Shown: positions 7,589 to 16,697, counted from the stretch's first letter. The stretch: 33,039 bases of DNA from Burkholderiales bacterium (GCA_014379045.1 JACMMK010000128.1:1-33039), one strand, 5' to 3'. Notes: generated from the sequence alone by a model not told the origin. A program made the numbers and translations.

Positions 7589-9151
7589 ATGAGCTTCGAC
7601 CGTCACGCTTTCATCAGCTACGCGCACATCGACAATGAACCTCTCACCCCGGAACAGAAGGGGTGGGTGACGCGGTTTCATGCGACGCTTGGTACGATGC
7701 TCAGCCAGCGTATCGGGCAGAAGGCAGACATCTGGCGCGACGATAAGTTGGCCGGCAACGACGTCTTTTCCGAGGAGATCGTCGACCAGTTCGCGCGCAC
7801 GGCACTGCTGATCTCGGTATTGACGCCGCGCTACCTGAAGTCCGAATGGTGTACCCGCGAGATCCGCGAGTTCTGCGCGGCGGCGGAGCGAACCGGCGGC
7901 TTGCTCGTCGACAACAAATGCCGGGTGTTCAAGGTGATCAAGACCCCGGTCGACAGCGAAGCGTGCCTGCCCCCGGTGATCGGCCAGGTACTCGGTTATG
8001 AATTCTTCGCACTCGACGAGGACCAGACGCCCCGCGATCTCGATCCGGTATTCGGCGATGCCTCACGCCAGGAGTTCCTGCGCAAGTTGAACAAGCTCGC
8101 GTGGGACATCGCGCAGTTATGGGAGCAGCTCGACGAACGCAGGACCGCGACCGCGGACGAGGTCGTGACGAACGGTCGCACCGAGGCAGCCACCACGCAG
8201 GCGCCGCGGGGTGTGCGCAAGCCGGCCGTCTTCCTGGCGCAGGTCAGCCGCGATCAGCGCGCCGCGCGCGAGATGATCGAAGCCGGTCTGAAGCGCCACG
8301 GTTATGTCGTGCTGCCCGACCGCCAGTTGCCGCTCGACGAGGAAATGTTCGTCTGCGCAGTGGAGTCGTGTCTGGCGCAGTGTGCATTCTCGATCCACCT
8401 GATCGGCAACGGTTACGGGGTGGTGCCCGACGGCCCCAGCCAGCGCTCGCTCGTCGTGCTGCAGAACGAACTCGCGGCCGCCCACAGCCGCGATCGAGGG
8501 TTGAAACGGCTGATCTGGATCCCGCCGGGCACCGCCGGGGAGCAACCGGCACAGCGGGCATTCATCGCCACGTTGCTCTCCGACGCCAGCGCGCAACTGG
8601 GTGCAGACCTGCTCACCGGAGATATCGAAAGCGTAAAAGGCGCGGTTCATGCTGCGCTTACCCGAATTGAACTCGCGCAGACGACCGAGCGCGCACGTGC
8701 ACCGGCAAACGGCGCCACCGAGTCGCACAAGGCCGTCTACCTGCTGTGCGATGAGCGCGATCGACGCGACATCGTGCCGCTGATTCGTCATTTGCGCAGT
8801 GCCGGCCTGGAGGTGACCACGCCGGTGTTCACCGGCGACGCCGCCACCGTGCGCGAGGCGAATCAGCAACGGCTCGCGACCTGCGATGCGGTGATCCTTT
8901 TTTATGGAGCGGGTGACGAGGCCTGGAAGTATCACCAGGAGAACGAGCTTCGGAAGATGGCCGGCTTGCATGTGTCGCACTCGGCACCGCCGGTCCATCT
9001 TTACGTCTCGGCTCCGGCGAGTCCGGACAAGGAACTGTTGGTTTCGTTGCAGGAGCCGAATCTGATCGACGGGTCGGGCGGCCTGGCGGTCGAAGCCCTC
9101 GCGCCGTTCATCGCGGCATTGCGATCGGGCGACGCGCTTTCATGCCGGTAA
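7589..9151 (+). CDS. Protein with three tandem TIR-like domains (canonical TIR + DUF4062-like + degenerate TIR)
   Basis: Domain 1: AFISYAHIDN...IWRD...LISVLTPRYLKSEWCTRE. Domain 2: VFLA...SIHLIGNGYG...SLVVLQNELA. Domain 3: VYLLCD..D...CDAVILFYG...W. The domains are joined by Ala/Thr-rich linkers. Confidence 0.82.
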   Translation: MSFDRHAFISYAHIDNEPLTPEQKGWVTRFHATLGTMLSQRIGQKADIWRDDKLAGNDVFSEEIVDQFARTALLISVLTPRYLKSEWCTREIREFCAAAERTGGLLVDNKCRVFKVIKTPVDSEACLPPVIGQVLGYEFFALDEDQTPRDLDPVFGDASRQEFLRKLNKLAWDIAQLWEQLDERRTATADEVVTNGRTEAATTQAPRGVRKPAVFLAQVSRDQRAAREMIEAGLKRHGYVVLPDRQLPLDEEMFVCAVESCLAQCAFSIHLIGNGYGVVPDGPSQRSLVVLQNELAAAHSRDRGLKRLIWIPPGTAGEQPAQRAFIATLLSDASAQLGADLLTGDIESVKGAVHAALTRIELAQTTERARAPANGATESHKAVYLLCDERDRRDIVPLIRHLRSAGLEVTTPVFTGDAATVREANQQRLATCDAVILFYGAGDEAWKYHQENELRKMAGLHVSHSAPPVHLYVSAPASPDKELLVSLQEPNLIDGSGGLAVEALAPFIAALRSGDALSCR

Positions 9152-11307
9152 CCGGGTCTGAAGGCCTGCGCAGCGCCAGCGACCCGCGACATCAGCCCGG
9201 GTTCAATCCGTTTCCGGGGTTGCGACCGTTCCAGGAACACGAGGAGTATCTGTACTTCGGCCGCGAGCCGCAGGCCGATGCGCTGATCACGAGGCTCGCG
9301 GCAACGCACTTCCTCGCCGTGGTGGGCACGTCGGGGTCGGGCAAATCGTCGCTGGTCAACTGCGGACTGCGCCCTGCCCTCCACCGCGGCCTGATGACCA
9401 GCGCCGGCAGCGCGTGGCGCATGGCGTACCTGCGACCGGGCCTGGCACCGCTGACGTCGCTGGCCGAAGCGCTGGCGGCGCCCAACGTACTCTTTTCATC
9501 GGTCGACACGGGGGAGTTCAGCCAGGCCGAGCTGATCGAAAGCTCGTTGCGGGTGAGCAAACTAGGGCTGATCGATGCGTTCACCCAGGCGCGGCTGCCC
9601 GCGCACACGAACCTGCTGATCGTGGTCGACCAGTTCGAAGAGCTGTTCCGCTATCGCGCGCTGGCTAGCGCCGGCCGGGTCGATGAGGCACGCGTGCGCG
9701 AGGACGCGACCGCGTTCATGAATCTTCTGCTCGAGGTGCCGGAACATCCGAACCTGCCGATCTTCGTCGTGTTGACGATGCGCTCCGACTTTCTCGGCGA
9801 TTGCGCGCAGTTCTTCGGCCTTCCCGAGGCGATCAATCGCGGCCAGTATCTCGTACCCAGGATGACGCGCGAGGAGCGTCGCACCGCGATTTCCGGTCCG
9901 ATCGGTGTCGGCGGCGCGGAGATCGACCCGGTACTGTTGACGCGCCTGGTCAACGACGTCGGTGACAACCCTGATCAGTTGTCCCAACTGCAGCACGCGA
10001 TGAATCGTACGTGGGCCGGGTGGCGCGACGAGTGCGAGCGCGACGCCGGCACCGCCGTGCCAATCAGCCTGCGCCACTACGAGGCAATCGGCACCATCGC
10101 CCAGGCACTGAACCAGCATGCCGAAGAGGCTTTCGACGCGCTTCCGACCATCCGGGCGCAGATGCTGTGCGAAGCGCTGTTCCGGGCGATCACCGACCGT
10201 CGACTCGACGCACGCGGCACCCGTCGACCCACCCGGCTCGACACGCTCTGCGCGATCACCGAGGCCGATGCCGACACGTTGATCGAGGTGATCGACGTCT
10301 TTCGTGATCCGCGCTGTGCATTCCTGATGCCTCCGGCAGGCGAGCCGATCGATGCCGATACCGTGATCGACATCTCGCACGAAAGCCTGATGCGGGTGTG
10401 GACGCGTCTGCGCCAATGGGGCGAGGAGGAAGCGCTGTCGGCGCGCGTGCTACGACGTCTCGCGAAGACCGCGGAACTCAACGCGGCCGGCCAGGCGAAC
10501 CTGCTGCGTAATCCTGAGCTGCAGGTGGCGCTCGATTGGCGCCGCCAGGAAAAACCGAACGAGGCATGGGCCTCGCGCTATCACCCCGTATTGGACGATG
10601 CGCTGAAACTGATCGACGCGAGTCAGGCGATGGTCGAGCATGAAGAAGCGGAGGACGCGCGCAGGCGTGCCGAGGAAGCCCACCTGCGGGCGGAGATCGC
10701 GCATTCGGGTCGCCGCCGCCGCTTCTGGATGGGAGCAACGACGCTGTTCATTCTCGTCGTCACTATCGGCTCGTACTTCGTCTATCTGCAACAGAAGGCG
10801 ATCAGCGCCGAGCGGGCGGCGTTCGAAAGCGAAAAGACCGCCCTCGCCGCGAAGATTGCCTTCGAGGCGGAGCGCTCGCGCGTGAGAATCCTGGACGCCG
10901 AAAGCAGGGACGCCCAGAACCAGCTCGCCGCGGCATACCAAGCGGCGCCAAATCTGGTGAAAGGGGTGTCGGGCGCACCTGCCACCGCGACAGTGGTTTA
11001 TCTGCAAGTTCCTGCCGGACAGAATCGCGCTGAGGCGCAATCGGTGCAGAAACAATTGCAGGGCGCCGGGTACAAAGCGCCCGGCGTCGAGGGGGTGAGC
11101 GTCAGCCCACGAAATTTCGAGCTACGCTATTTCCGCGAAGAAGATGAGAACAGTGCGCGCAAGGTGGCCGAACTGGTGCGTAGATGGACTTCAAGCGACC
11201 TGCGTCTGGTCCGCGTTCCCGGCTTCGAGACGCGCTCGCGATTGCAGCAGTTCGAGCTCTGGTTTCCTGCGCAGGACGCCGCTGCGCCAGCGCGCACGCG
11301 GAACTGA
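9142..11307 (+). CDS. nSTAND1-type (novel STAND) NTPase with coiled coil, TM helix and small C-terminal extracytoplasmic domain
   Basis: NPFPGLRPF....YFGRE, Walker A GTSGSGKSS, Walker B LLIVVDQFEELF, TMRSDF, ISHESLMRVWTRLRQW. TM helix FWMGATTLFILVVTIGSYFVYL after RRRR. C-terminal alpha/beta domain (VYLQ...ELRYF...FELWF) instead of WD40 repeats. Confidence 0.88.
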   Translation: MPVTGSEGLRSASDPRHQPGFNPFPGLRPFQEHEEYLYFGREPQADALITRLAATHFLAVVGTSGSGKSSLVNCGLRPALHRGLMTSAGSAWRMAYLRPGLAPLTSLAEALAAPNVLFSSVDTGEFSQAELIESSLRVSKLGLIDAFTQARLPAHTNLLIVVDQFEELFRYRALASAGRVDEARVREDATAFMNLLLEVPEHPNLPIFVVLTMRSDFLGDCAQFFGLPEAINRGQYLVPRMTREERRTAISGPIGVGGAEIDPVLLTRLVNDVGDNPDQLSQLQHAMNRTWAGWRDECERDAGTAVPISLRHYEAIGTIAQALNQHAEEAFDALPTIRAQMLCEALFRAITDRRLDARGTRRPTRLDTLCAITEADADTLIEVIDVFRDPRCAFLMPPAGEPIDADTVIDISHESLMRVWTRLRQWGEEEALSARVLRRLAKTAELNAAGQANLLRNPELQVALDWRRQEKPNEAWASRYHPVLDDALKLIDASQAMVEHEEAEDARRRAEEAHLRAEIAHSGRRRRFWMGATTLFILVVTIGSYFVYLQQKAISAERAAFESEKTALAAKIAFEAERSRVRILDAESRDAQNQLAAAYQAAPNLVKGVSGAPATATVVYLQVPAGQNRAEAQSVQKQLQGAGYKAPGVEGVSVSPRNFELRYFREEDENSARKVAELVRRWTSSDLRLVRVPGFETRSRLQQFELWFPAQDAAAPARTRN

Positions 11308-11345
11308 ACGCGGCGGCGGACTCAGCCAATGTCCGCGCGGCCCGG

Positions 11346-11783
11346 TCAGTGGTAAAGCGCCCGCTCGACCGTGGAGGCAACAGGACTCTCTTCCATCCCC
11401 AGCGAACGCCACCGCTTGATCCCACCCGACAGTTCCAGGACCTTCAATCCCCGCAACGACAGCAGATGGGCTGCGCGCGCCGACAACGTGCTCCATTCGT
11501 CCCAGCAATACACCACCATGGTCGCGTCCGAGGGCAATTGACGCCACCTGACCTCGAGTTCTTCGACCGACAGGATGCGCGCATCAGGCAACGTGCTGCG
11601 CAACATTTCCTTGGGGCTATTGCGCACATCGATGACGATCAGCTTGTCACCCAGGCGTTTTCGCAACCCCGCTAGGGCTGCGGGCTCGATCGTACTTATT
11701 TCGACGGACCGTTGGTCGGCGCGAACGCAACGCGGAGCCGAACCGCTCACCATTACTTCCAGACCCTTCCATGTGTCCATCAT
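11346..11783 (-). CDS. Rhodanese-like domain protein (start uncertain)
   Basis: VIDVR, active-site-like VVYCW, and LSGGIKRW motif. Confidence 0.82.
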   Translation of the reverse strand: MMDTWKGLEVMVSGSAPRCVRADQRSVEISTIEPAALAGLRKRLGDKLIVIDVRNSPKEMLRSTLPDARILSVEELEVRWRQLPSDATMVVYCWDEWSTLSARAAHLLSLRGLKVLELSGGIKRWRSLGMEESPVASTVERALYH

Positions 11784-11808
11784 TGTCAGCCTCGCGATCG
11801 AACCAGGT

Positions 11809-11839
11809 AAGAAAAGACCGCTGCGGAAATCCGCAGCGG
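11809..11839 (-). terminator. Probable intrinsic terminator downstream of the fasciclin gene
   Basis: Inverted repeat CCGCTGCGGA-AA-TCCGCAGCGG (11818-11839) followed on the minus strand by TCTTTTCTT. Confidence 0.72.
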
Positions 11840-11958
11840 CAAACGCACCGATTGATGAGGGGGGGTGATCTGCAGGCCATTACGCCGGTTCCCTGGCGCG
11901 GCTTGCCGGCGCGCCAAGGTGCAGATCATCGGTGCGGGAGGGAGCATTTAATTGATGA

Positions 11959-12459
11959 TTACTTCGGCAGAATGACGGAGTCGATCACGTGAATGACGCC
12001 ATTGCTGGCCATCACATCGGCGCTGATTACCTTGGCACCGTTGACGGTCACGCCGCCCGCGGTATCGAGCCTCACGTCCTGCCCGTTGACTGTCTTGACG
12101 CCGCCCGCCTTTACATCCTTCGCAAGCACTCGGCCCGGAACGACGTGATAGGTCAGTACGGCGGCCAACTTCTCTTTGTCTTTAGCCAGCCCATCCAGCG
12201 TGGCTTTCGGCACTTTTGCAAACGCCTCGTCGGTCGGGGCGAAGACCGTGAACGGGCCCTTGCCTTTGAGGGTGTCGACCAGGCCGGCCTGTTTGATCAG
12301 GCTGACAAGCGTCTTGAACGAGCCGTTCTTGGCCGCGGTGTCGACGATGTCCATGTTCGCCATATCGGCAGCGGAAGCCGTTGCAGCAGCAATACCCAGG
12401 GTCATTGCAGCACTCAGGTTGAGGGCGATTGAACGCAGTGATTTCATGATGTTCTCCAT
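11959..12459 (-). CDS. Secreted fasciclin (FAS1) domain protein
   Basis: Signal peptide (...AAATASA), DIVDTA...[23 protein letters not shown] and [13 protein letters not shown] motifs. Confidence 0.95.
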   Translation of the reverse strand: MENIMKSLRSIALNLSAAMTLGIAAATASAADMANMDIVDTAAKNGSFKTLVSLIKQAGLVDTLKGKGPFTVFAPTDEAFAKVPKATLDGLAKDKEKLAAVLTYHVVPGRVLAKDVKAGGVKTVNGQDVRLDTAGGVTVNGAKVISADVMASNGVIHVIDSVILPK

Positions 12460-12534
12460 TTCTTCAGATACGGTTAAGGAAACGATTCGGTTGCGCGGAA
12501 GCCTTTTGTCCTAGCCAGAAACGCAACGGTCGAA

Positions 12535-12564
12535 TTGTGACTCATTAGTCATTTTTTGTACAAT
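12535..12564 (+). promoter_or_regulatory. Putative sigma70 promoter of the TetR gene with overlapping palindromic operator TGACT-N4-AGTCA (12538-12551)
   Basis: TTGTGA (12535-12540), 18-bp spacer, TACAAT (12559-12564). The inverted repeat TGACTcattAGTCA lies in an AT-rich divergent intergenic region. Confidence 0.6.
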
Positions 12565-12619
12565 AAAGTTCTATGATCGAGGCATCCAGCCCAACAGGCA
12601 CTGAGCGGGCGCCATACAA

Positions 12620-13216
12620 ATGAGACTTTCATTTAAGAAACAGCAGTTTGAAGCCCGGGCCGATGCGATTCTCGACGCCGTGAACCTCCTTCTCGCGAAG
12701 AAGGGATTCGACTTGATGACGATGGACGACGTCGCCGCCGAAGTCGGCATCGCGAAGGGCAGCCTGTACAAACACTTCGCGTCGAAGGAGAGCCTTGCCG
12801 CCGCCGCGCTGTGTCGGATGACCCGCGAGACGATCGAGATCCTGGCGGGTCTAGCCTCCGATCTGACCCCGCTCGAGAAGCTGAAGGCGACGCTGCGCTG
12901 GGCACTCGAGCGCCGTCTGCAGGGCGCCGTGCCGCACCTGCCTTCGACCAGTGTCGCGCTGCAGCGCAGCCTCATGCTCAACATCAGCTACGTTCGATTG
13001 ATCATGAAACTCAACGCCGAACTGAAGCTGCTGGTGATCGCGGCGCAGAATGAAGGGTCGCTCGACCGCAGCCTGCCCCACGAAGTGATCCTCTATACGA
13101 TCTATGCGCGCTCTTGCGATCCGACGCTCGAGTTCCTGCGCACTACCGGCCGGTACAACGACGAGCAGACTGTCGCGTACCTCGTGCGTACCTGCTTCGA
13201 AGGGCTGAACGGCTAG
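12620..13216 (+). CDS. TetR/AcrR family transcriptional regulator
   Basis: ILDAV..LL..KGF..MTMDDVAAEVGIAKGSLYKHFASKE helix-turn-helix. Confidence 0.95.
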   Translation: MRLSFKKQQFEARADAILDAVNLLLAKKGFDLMTMDDVAAEVGIAKGSLYKHFASKESLAAAALCRMTRETIEILAGLASDLTPLEKLKATLRWALERRLQGAVPHLPSTSVALQRSLMLNISYVRLIMKLNAELKLLVIAAQNEGSLDRSLPHEVILYTIYARSCDPTLEFLRTTGRYNDEQTVAYLVRTCFEGLNG

Positions 13217-13249
13217 GAGGTCGTCGGAACGCTTTGACGCGGGTGCGTA

Positions 13250-14245
13250 TCACGCCGGCGCGTCGGGCGCGGATTCGCGCGCACGCGCGCCATGGGCGGT
13301 AAATCGCGTCAGCAGGATGCCCGCGAAGATCAGCGCGATGCCGAACAGATGGAACGTCTCGACTGCTTCATCCAGCCACAGCCAGCCCATCAACGGCGTG
13401 TAGACCGGCATCAGGTACATGAACGGTCCGGCGCGGCTCGCGCCGAGAATCTGAACGCCCTTGTTCCAGCAGAAATAGGCGAGCACCGTCGCGCCGACAC
13501 TGATATACACGACCGCCGCCAGCAGCTGCGATGACCACACGAAGCGCGCACCCGACGCGAATTCTGCCGCAGCCAGCGGCAACGCGCACAGCGCGCCGAG
13601 CGTCGATATCGCACAGAGCAGGGTCGCCGCCGGCAATCCCGGCGGTCGCCAGCGCAGGCAGATCGTGTAGAACGCCAAGCTCACGGTGCCCAGCAGGATC
13701 CACATGTCGCCGACGTTCAGGGTCCAACCCGCGACAGCCTCAGGATGGCCGCGGGTGACGATCCACAATGCTCCGCTCAGCGCGATGACCACCCCGGCGA
13801 GCACCGCCTTAGTGAGTTTCTCGCCTATCACCAGCCACGCGATCAGGAGAATGAACACCGGCGTGGTGGCGTTGAGCAGCGATGCAGTCGTCGCGGTCGT
13901 CGTGCGCAGCCCGATGTATACCGGCAAGTGCTGCAGGACGCTCGCCAACAGCGCCAGGACGAGCAGGACACCCCATGACCGGCGCAGCAACGCCCAGTGC
14001 TGCACGATCGACCGTCGGCTGTAGACCAGCAGTATCACCGCCGAGATCGCCCAGCGCAGGAAGGTGATGCCCGCGGGCGGCGCATCGAAACGGATCATCC
14101 GCCCGATCACCCAGTTGCCGGCCCACGAGGCGACGGCCAGTGCGAGCAGGCCGGAGGCGATCCAGGCGCGCCCGTCTACCCGCGTGCTCGTCACCCCTGC
14201 GCAGCGCGGGGTACCCGCAGAGCCACGCAGCGCGCGCCGCAGCAC
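13250..14245 (-). CDS. DMT/EamA family transporter (true start may be GTG at 14194)
   Basis: About 10 TM segments with WAGNWV, LR.TTATTASLL..TTP, GD.W.L and G...LGASRAG.F.YLMP patterns. Confidence 0.9.
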   Translation of the reverse strand: MLRRALRGSAGTPRCAGVTSTRVDGRAWIASGLLALAVASWAGNWVIGRMIRFDAPPAGITFLRWAISAVILLVYSRRSIVQHWALLRRSWGVLLVLALLASVLQHLPVYIGLRTTTATTASLLNATTPVFILLIAWLVIGEKLTKAVLAGVVIALSGALWIVTRGHPEAVAGWTLNVGDMWILLGTVSLAFYTICLRWRPPGLPAATLLCAISTLGALCALPLAAAEFASGARFVWSSQLLAAVVYISVGATVLAYFCWNKGVQILGASRAGPFMYLMPVYTPLMGWLWLDEAVETFHLFGIALIFAGILLTRFTAHGARARESAPDAPA

Positions 14246-14266
14246 GCGCTGGGGCTCGCGGCGGAT

Positions 14267-15469
14267 TCAGCCGACACGAAAGAACCCGCGCGGTGAACGA
14301 TGCAGACTTTCGCAACCGGTCGCGGTGATGCGCACCAGCTCGCCGACCTGCACACCGGCCGGTCGCGCGCGGTCGATCACGTTCGGCTGCACCACCATCG
14401 TCATGTTCTCGGCAAGCACGAAGTCGGGAAGCGGCCCGGCGGGACGGCTGCGCGTGCCCAGGATCGGCGGAAAGTATCCGCCGCCGAACCCGTGGACCAG
14501 GTCATCGCAGATGGTGAAGCCCCGCTCCTCGATCACCGAGGTAGCGTCGACGATCTCCGCCATTGTGCATCTGGGGCGCATCACGCGCGTCACCGCATCG
14601 TAGGCCGCCTCCGCCGTGTCGAACAGATCGCGGTACAGCGCAGTCGGCTCGGCGCCGACCGCGAACGTGCGCAGCACCTGCCCGCCATAATCCCAGAACG
14701 CGCCGGTGATCTCGGTGAATACGCAGTCGCCGGCGCGCACGATGCGGTTCATTGGATGCTGCCGTGGCACGAAGCAGTCGGGGTCCGCCATCGCGGTGAC
14801 ACCGAAGTAATGGAGGAAGGTCGTGCCGCCGAACGGCACATAGGCGCGCTCGACGATGTCGCCGAGCTCGCGTTCGTTCAGCCCGGGTGCGAGCTGTTCG
14901 CGCAAGGCACCGATCGACGCATCGCAGAACGCCGCGCCGATGCGCAGCCAATCGAGCTCCTCCGCCGACTTGGTGAGGCGCAGCCGCCCGTACTCGGCGT
15001 TCAGGTCGACGATGTCGGGAAAGCTCGACGCGAGCTTGCGATACTTGCCGAAATTGAACACCCCGATGATGCCGATGCGACGCGCTGCGCGTCGCTTGAG
15101 TTCCGCGATCACCTTGTCGACGCTGCGGTGCTCGCTCCACTCGACATCGCAGTCCCACGCGATCTGCTTGGCGAGGGGCGCATGGTTCACCCACTCGACG
15201 AACATCTTCGGCCGCTCACGGGGGTCGACCACCACGATCTGCTCGGTGGTCGTGACCCACCCGGTGACCCAGGACACGCCGGTACCGGCGCGCTGTTCGC
15301 CGCAGACCAGCAGTTGGTCCACCTCGTGCTTGTGCATCAGCGCGCCGAGCGCGACGCGGCGGCGCGCGATTTCGGCGTCCGAGAAGCGCGGGAACGGTTG
15401 CTCGAGAATCGCACGCAGTCGCGATTCGAGATTCAGGCAGGCAGAATCGGCTGGAATGCGCGATGTCAT
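14267..15469 (-). CDS. M24 (Xaa-Pro peptidase/creatinase) fold protein
   Basis: FSDAEIARR N-terminus, RLTKSAEELDW.R, PGLNEREL, HGFG, L.ENMT.VVQP. ATG at 15469 has GGAG 6 nt upstream, so it is preferred over the ORF-track start at 15694. Confidence 0.85.
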   Translation of the reverse strand: MTSRIPADSACLNLESRLRAILEQPFPRFSDAEIARRRVALGALMHKHEVDQLLVCGEQRAGTGVSWVTGWVTTTEQIVVVDPRERPKMFVEWVNHAPLAKQIAWDCDVEWSEHRSVDKVIAELKRRAARRIGIIGVFNFGKYRKLASSFPDIVDLNAEYGRLRLTKSAEELDWLRIGAAFCDASIGALREQLAPGLNERELGDIVERAYVPFGGTTFLHYFGVTAMADPDCFVPRQHPMNRIVRAGDCVFTEITGAFWDYGGQVLRTFAVGAEPTALYRDLFDTAEAAYDAVTRVMRPRCTMAEIVDATSVIEERGFTICDDLVHGFGGGYFPPILGTRSRPAGPLPDFVLAENMTMVVQPNVIDRARPAGVQVGELVRITATGCESLHRSPRGFFRVG

Positions 15470-15640
15470 GAAGTCTCCGGGCGCTGTCGCGTCGTGCGTG
15501 GACATGAAAAACCGTCGGGTGGACGCCAAACGCCGCCGGCCAGACATCGAAGGGCGTCCGTGTGAACAAACGTCGCCGGCTATTGAACAAACGCGGCTGC
15601 CTGGAACCGATGCCTCTGGAACAGACCCGATAGAATAGGA

Positions 15641-16666
15641 ATGATCATGCGATGTTACCGACCTTCGAAGCGTTCCGGCGTCCTGCGGCGTCATGCGCTG
15701 TCACTCGCAGGTCTCGCTGCAATGCTCGGGTCGGTCCTGCCCCGCGCCGGTCCGGTGTTTGCCCAAGCCTGGCCGTTGAAGCCCGTTCGCATCGTCCACG
15801 GCTTCGCGCCGGGCAGCGCGATCGACGTGTCGATCCGGCCTCTCGCCGCGCAACTTTCCGAACAGTTCGCGCAGACCTTCTCGGTGGAGCCGCGCCCGGG
15901 TGCGACGGGTCAGCTCGCCAACGAACTCGTATCGAAGTCGACCCCGGATGGTTATGTGCTGCTAGCTGCACCCGGCACCTCGCTCACTTCGGCGCCACAG
16001 TTGCAGAAGGCGCCTTACGATCCTCTGAAGGACTTCGCGCCGGTCGCGATGATTACCGCGTTCTCGTACCTGCTCGTCGCGCATCCCGCCGTTCCCGCGA
16101 AGAGCGCGCGCGAACTCGTCGCGCTCGCGCGTGCGAAGCCCGGCTACCTCACGTTCGGCTCCACTGGCATCGGCAGCGGCTTCCATCTGGCCGGTGAACT
16201 GTTCGCCTCGCTCGCCGGCGTCAAGCTCGTCCATGTCCCGTACCGGGGTGGAGGCAGCGCCGCGATGCCCGATCTGGTCAGTGGACGGGTCGACCTGATG
16301 TGGGACAGCTACGGCACCGTGCGCACGCAGGTATTGGCCGGCAAGCTGCGCGCGATCGGCGTGACCGGCGCGACCCGCATCGCGGCACTCGCCGACGTGC
16401 CGACGATCGCCGAGAGCGGGCTCCCGGGCTACGACCTGGTCGGCTGGCACGGAGTGCTCGCACCTGGCGGTGCCTCCCGAGAGGTCGTCGAGCGCCTGAA
16501 CACCACGATCAACCGAACACTCGATCGCGCCGATCTGCGCGCGCTCTGGACCCAGCAGGGTTTCGAGACGCCGCAGCTGACGCCCGAGCAGTTCGACCAG
16601 CGTATCCGCCGCGACTTCGAGTTGTACGGAAAGCTTATCAAGACGATCGGCCTGCGCGCCCAATGA
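15641..16666 (+). CDS. Bug/TctC family tripartite tricarboxylate transporter substrate-binding protein
   Basis: AQAWPLKPVRIV..FAPG..D, RPGA.G, PDGY.L, YDPLKDFAPV, HVPYRGG, DVPTIAESG. Confidence 0.93.
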   Translation: MIMRCYRPSKRSGVLRRHALSLAGLAAMLGSVLPRAGPVFAQAWPLKPVRIVHGFAPGSAIDVSIRPLAAQLSEQFAQTFSVEPRPGATGQLANELVSKSTPDGYVLLAAPGTSLTSAPQLQKAPYDPLKDFAPVAMITAFSYLLVAHPAVPAKSARELVALARAKPGYLTFGSTGIGSGFHLAGELFASLAGVKLVHVPYRGGGSAAMPDLVSGRVDLMWDSYGTVRTQVLAGKLRAIGVTGATRIAALADVPTIAESGLPGYDLVGWHGVLAPGGASREVVERLNTTINRTLDRADLRALWTQQGFETPQLTPEQFDQRIRRDFELYGKLIKTIGLRAQ

Positions 16667-16697
16667 CTGCAGTGCGCTTCACAGGCCAGCGCGCGCG

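Noticed and set aside
9142-11307. Calling the STAND gene an Avs system
   Set aside because: It has no N-terminal effector and no long TPR sensor, and it has a TM helix. The motifs fit nSTAND1 instead.
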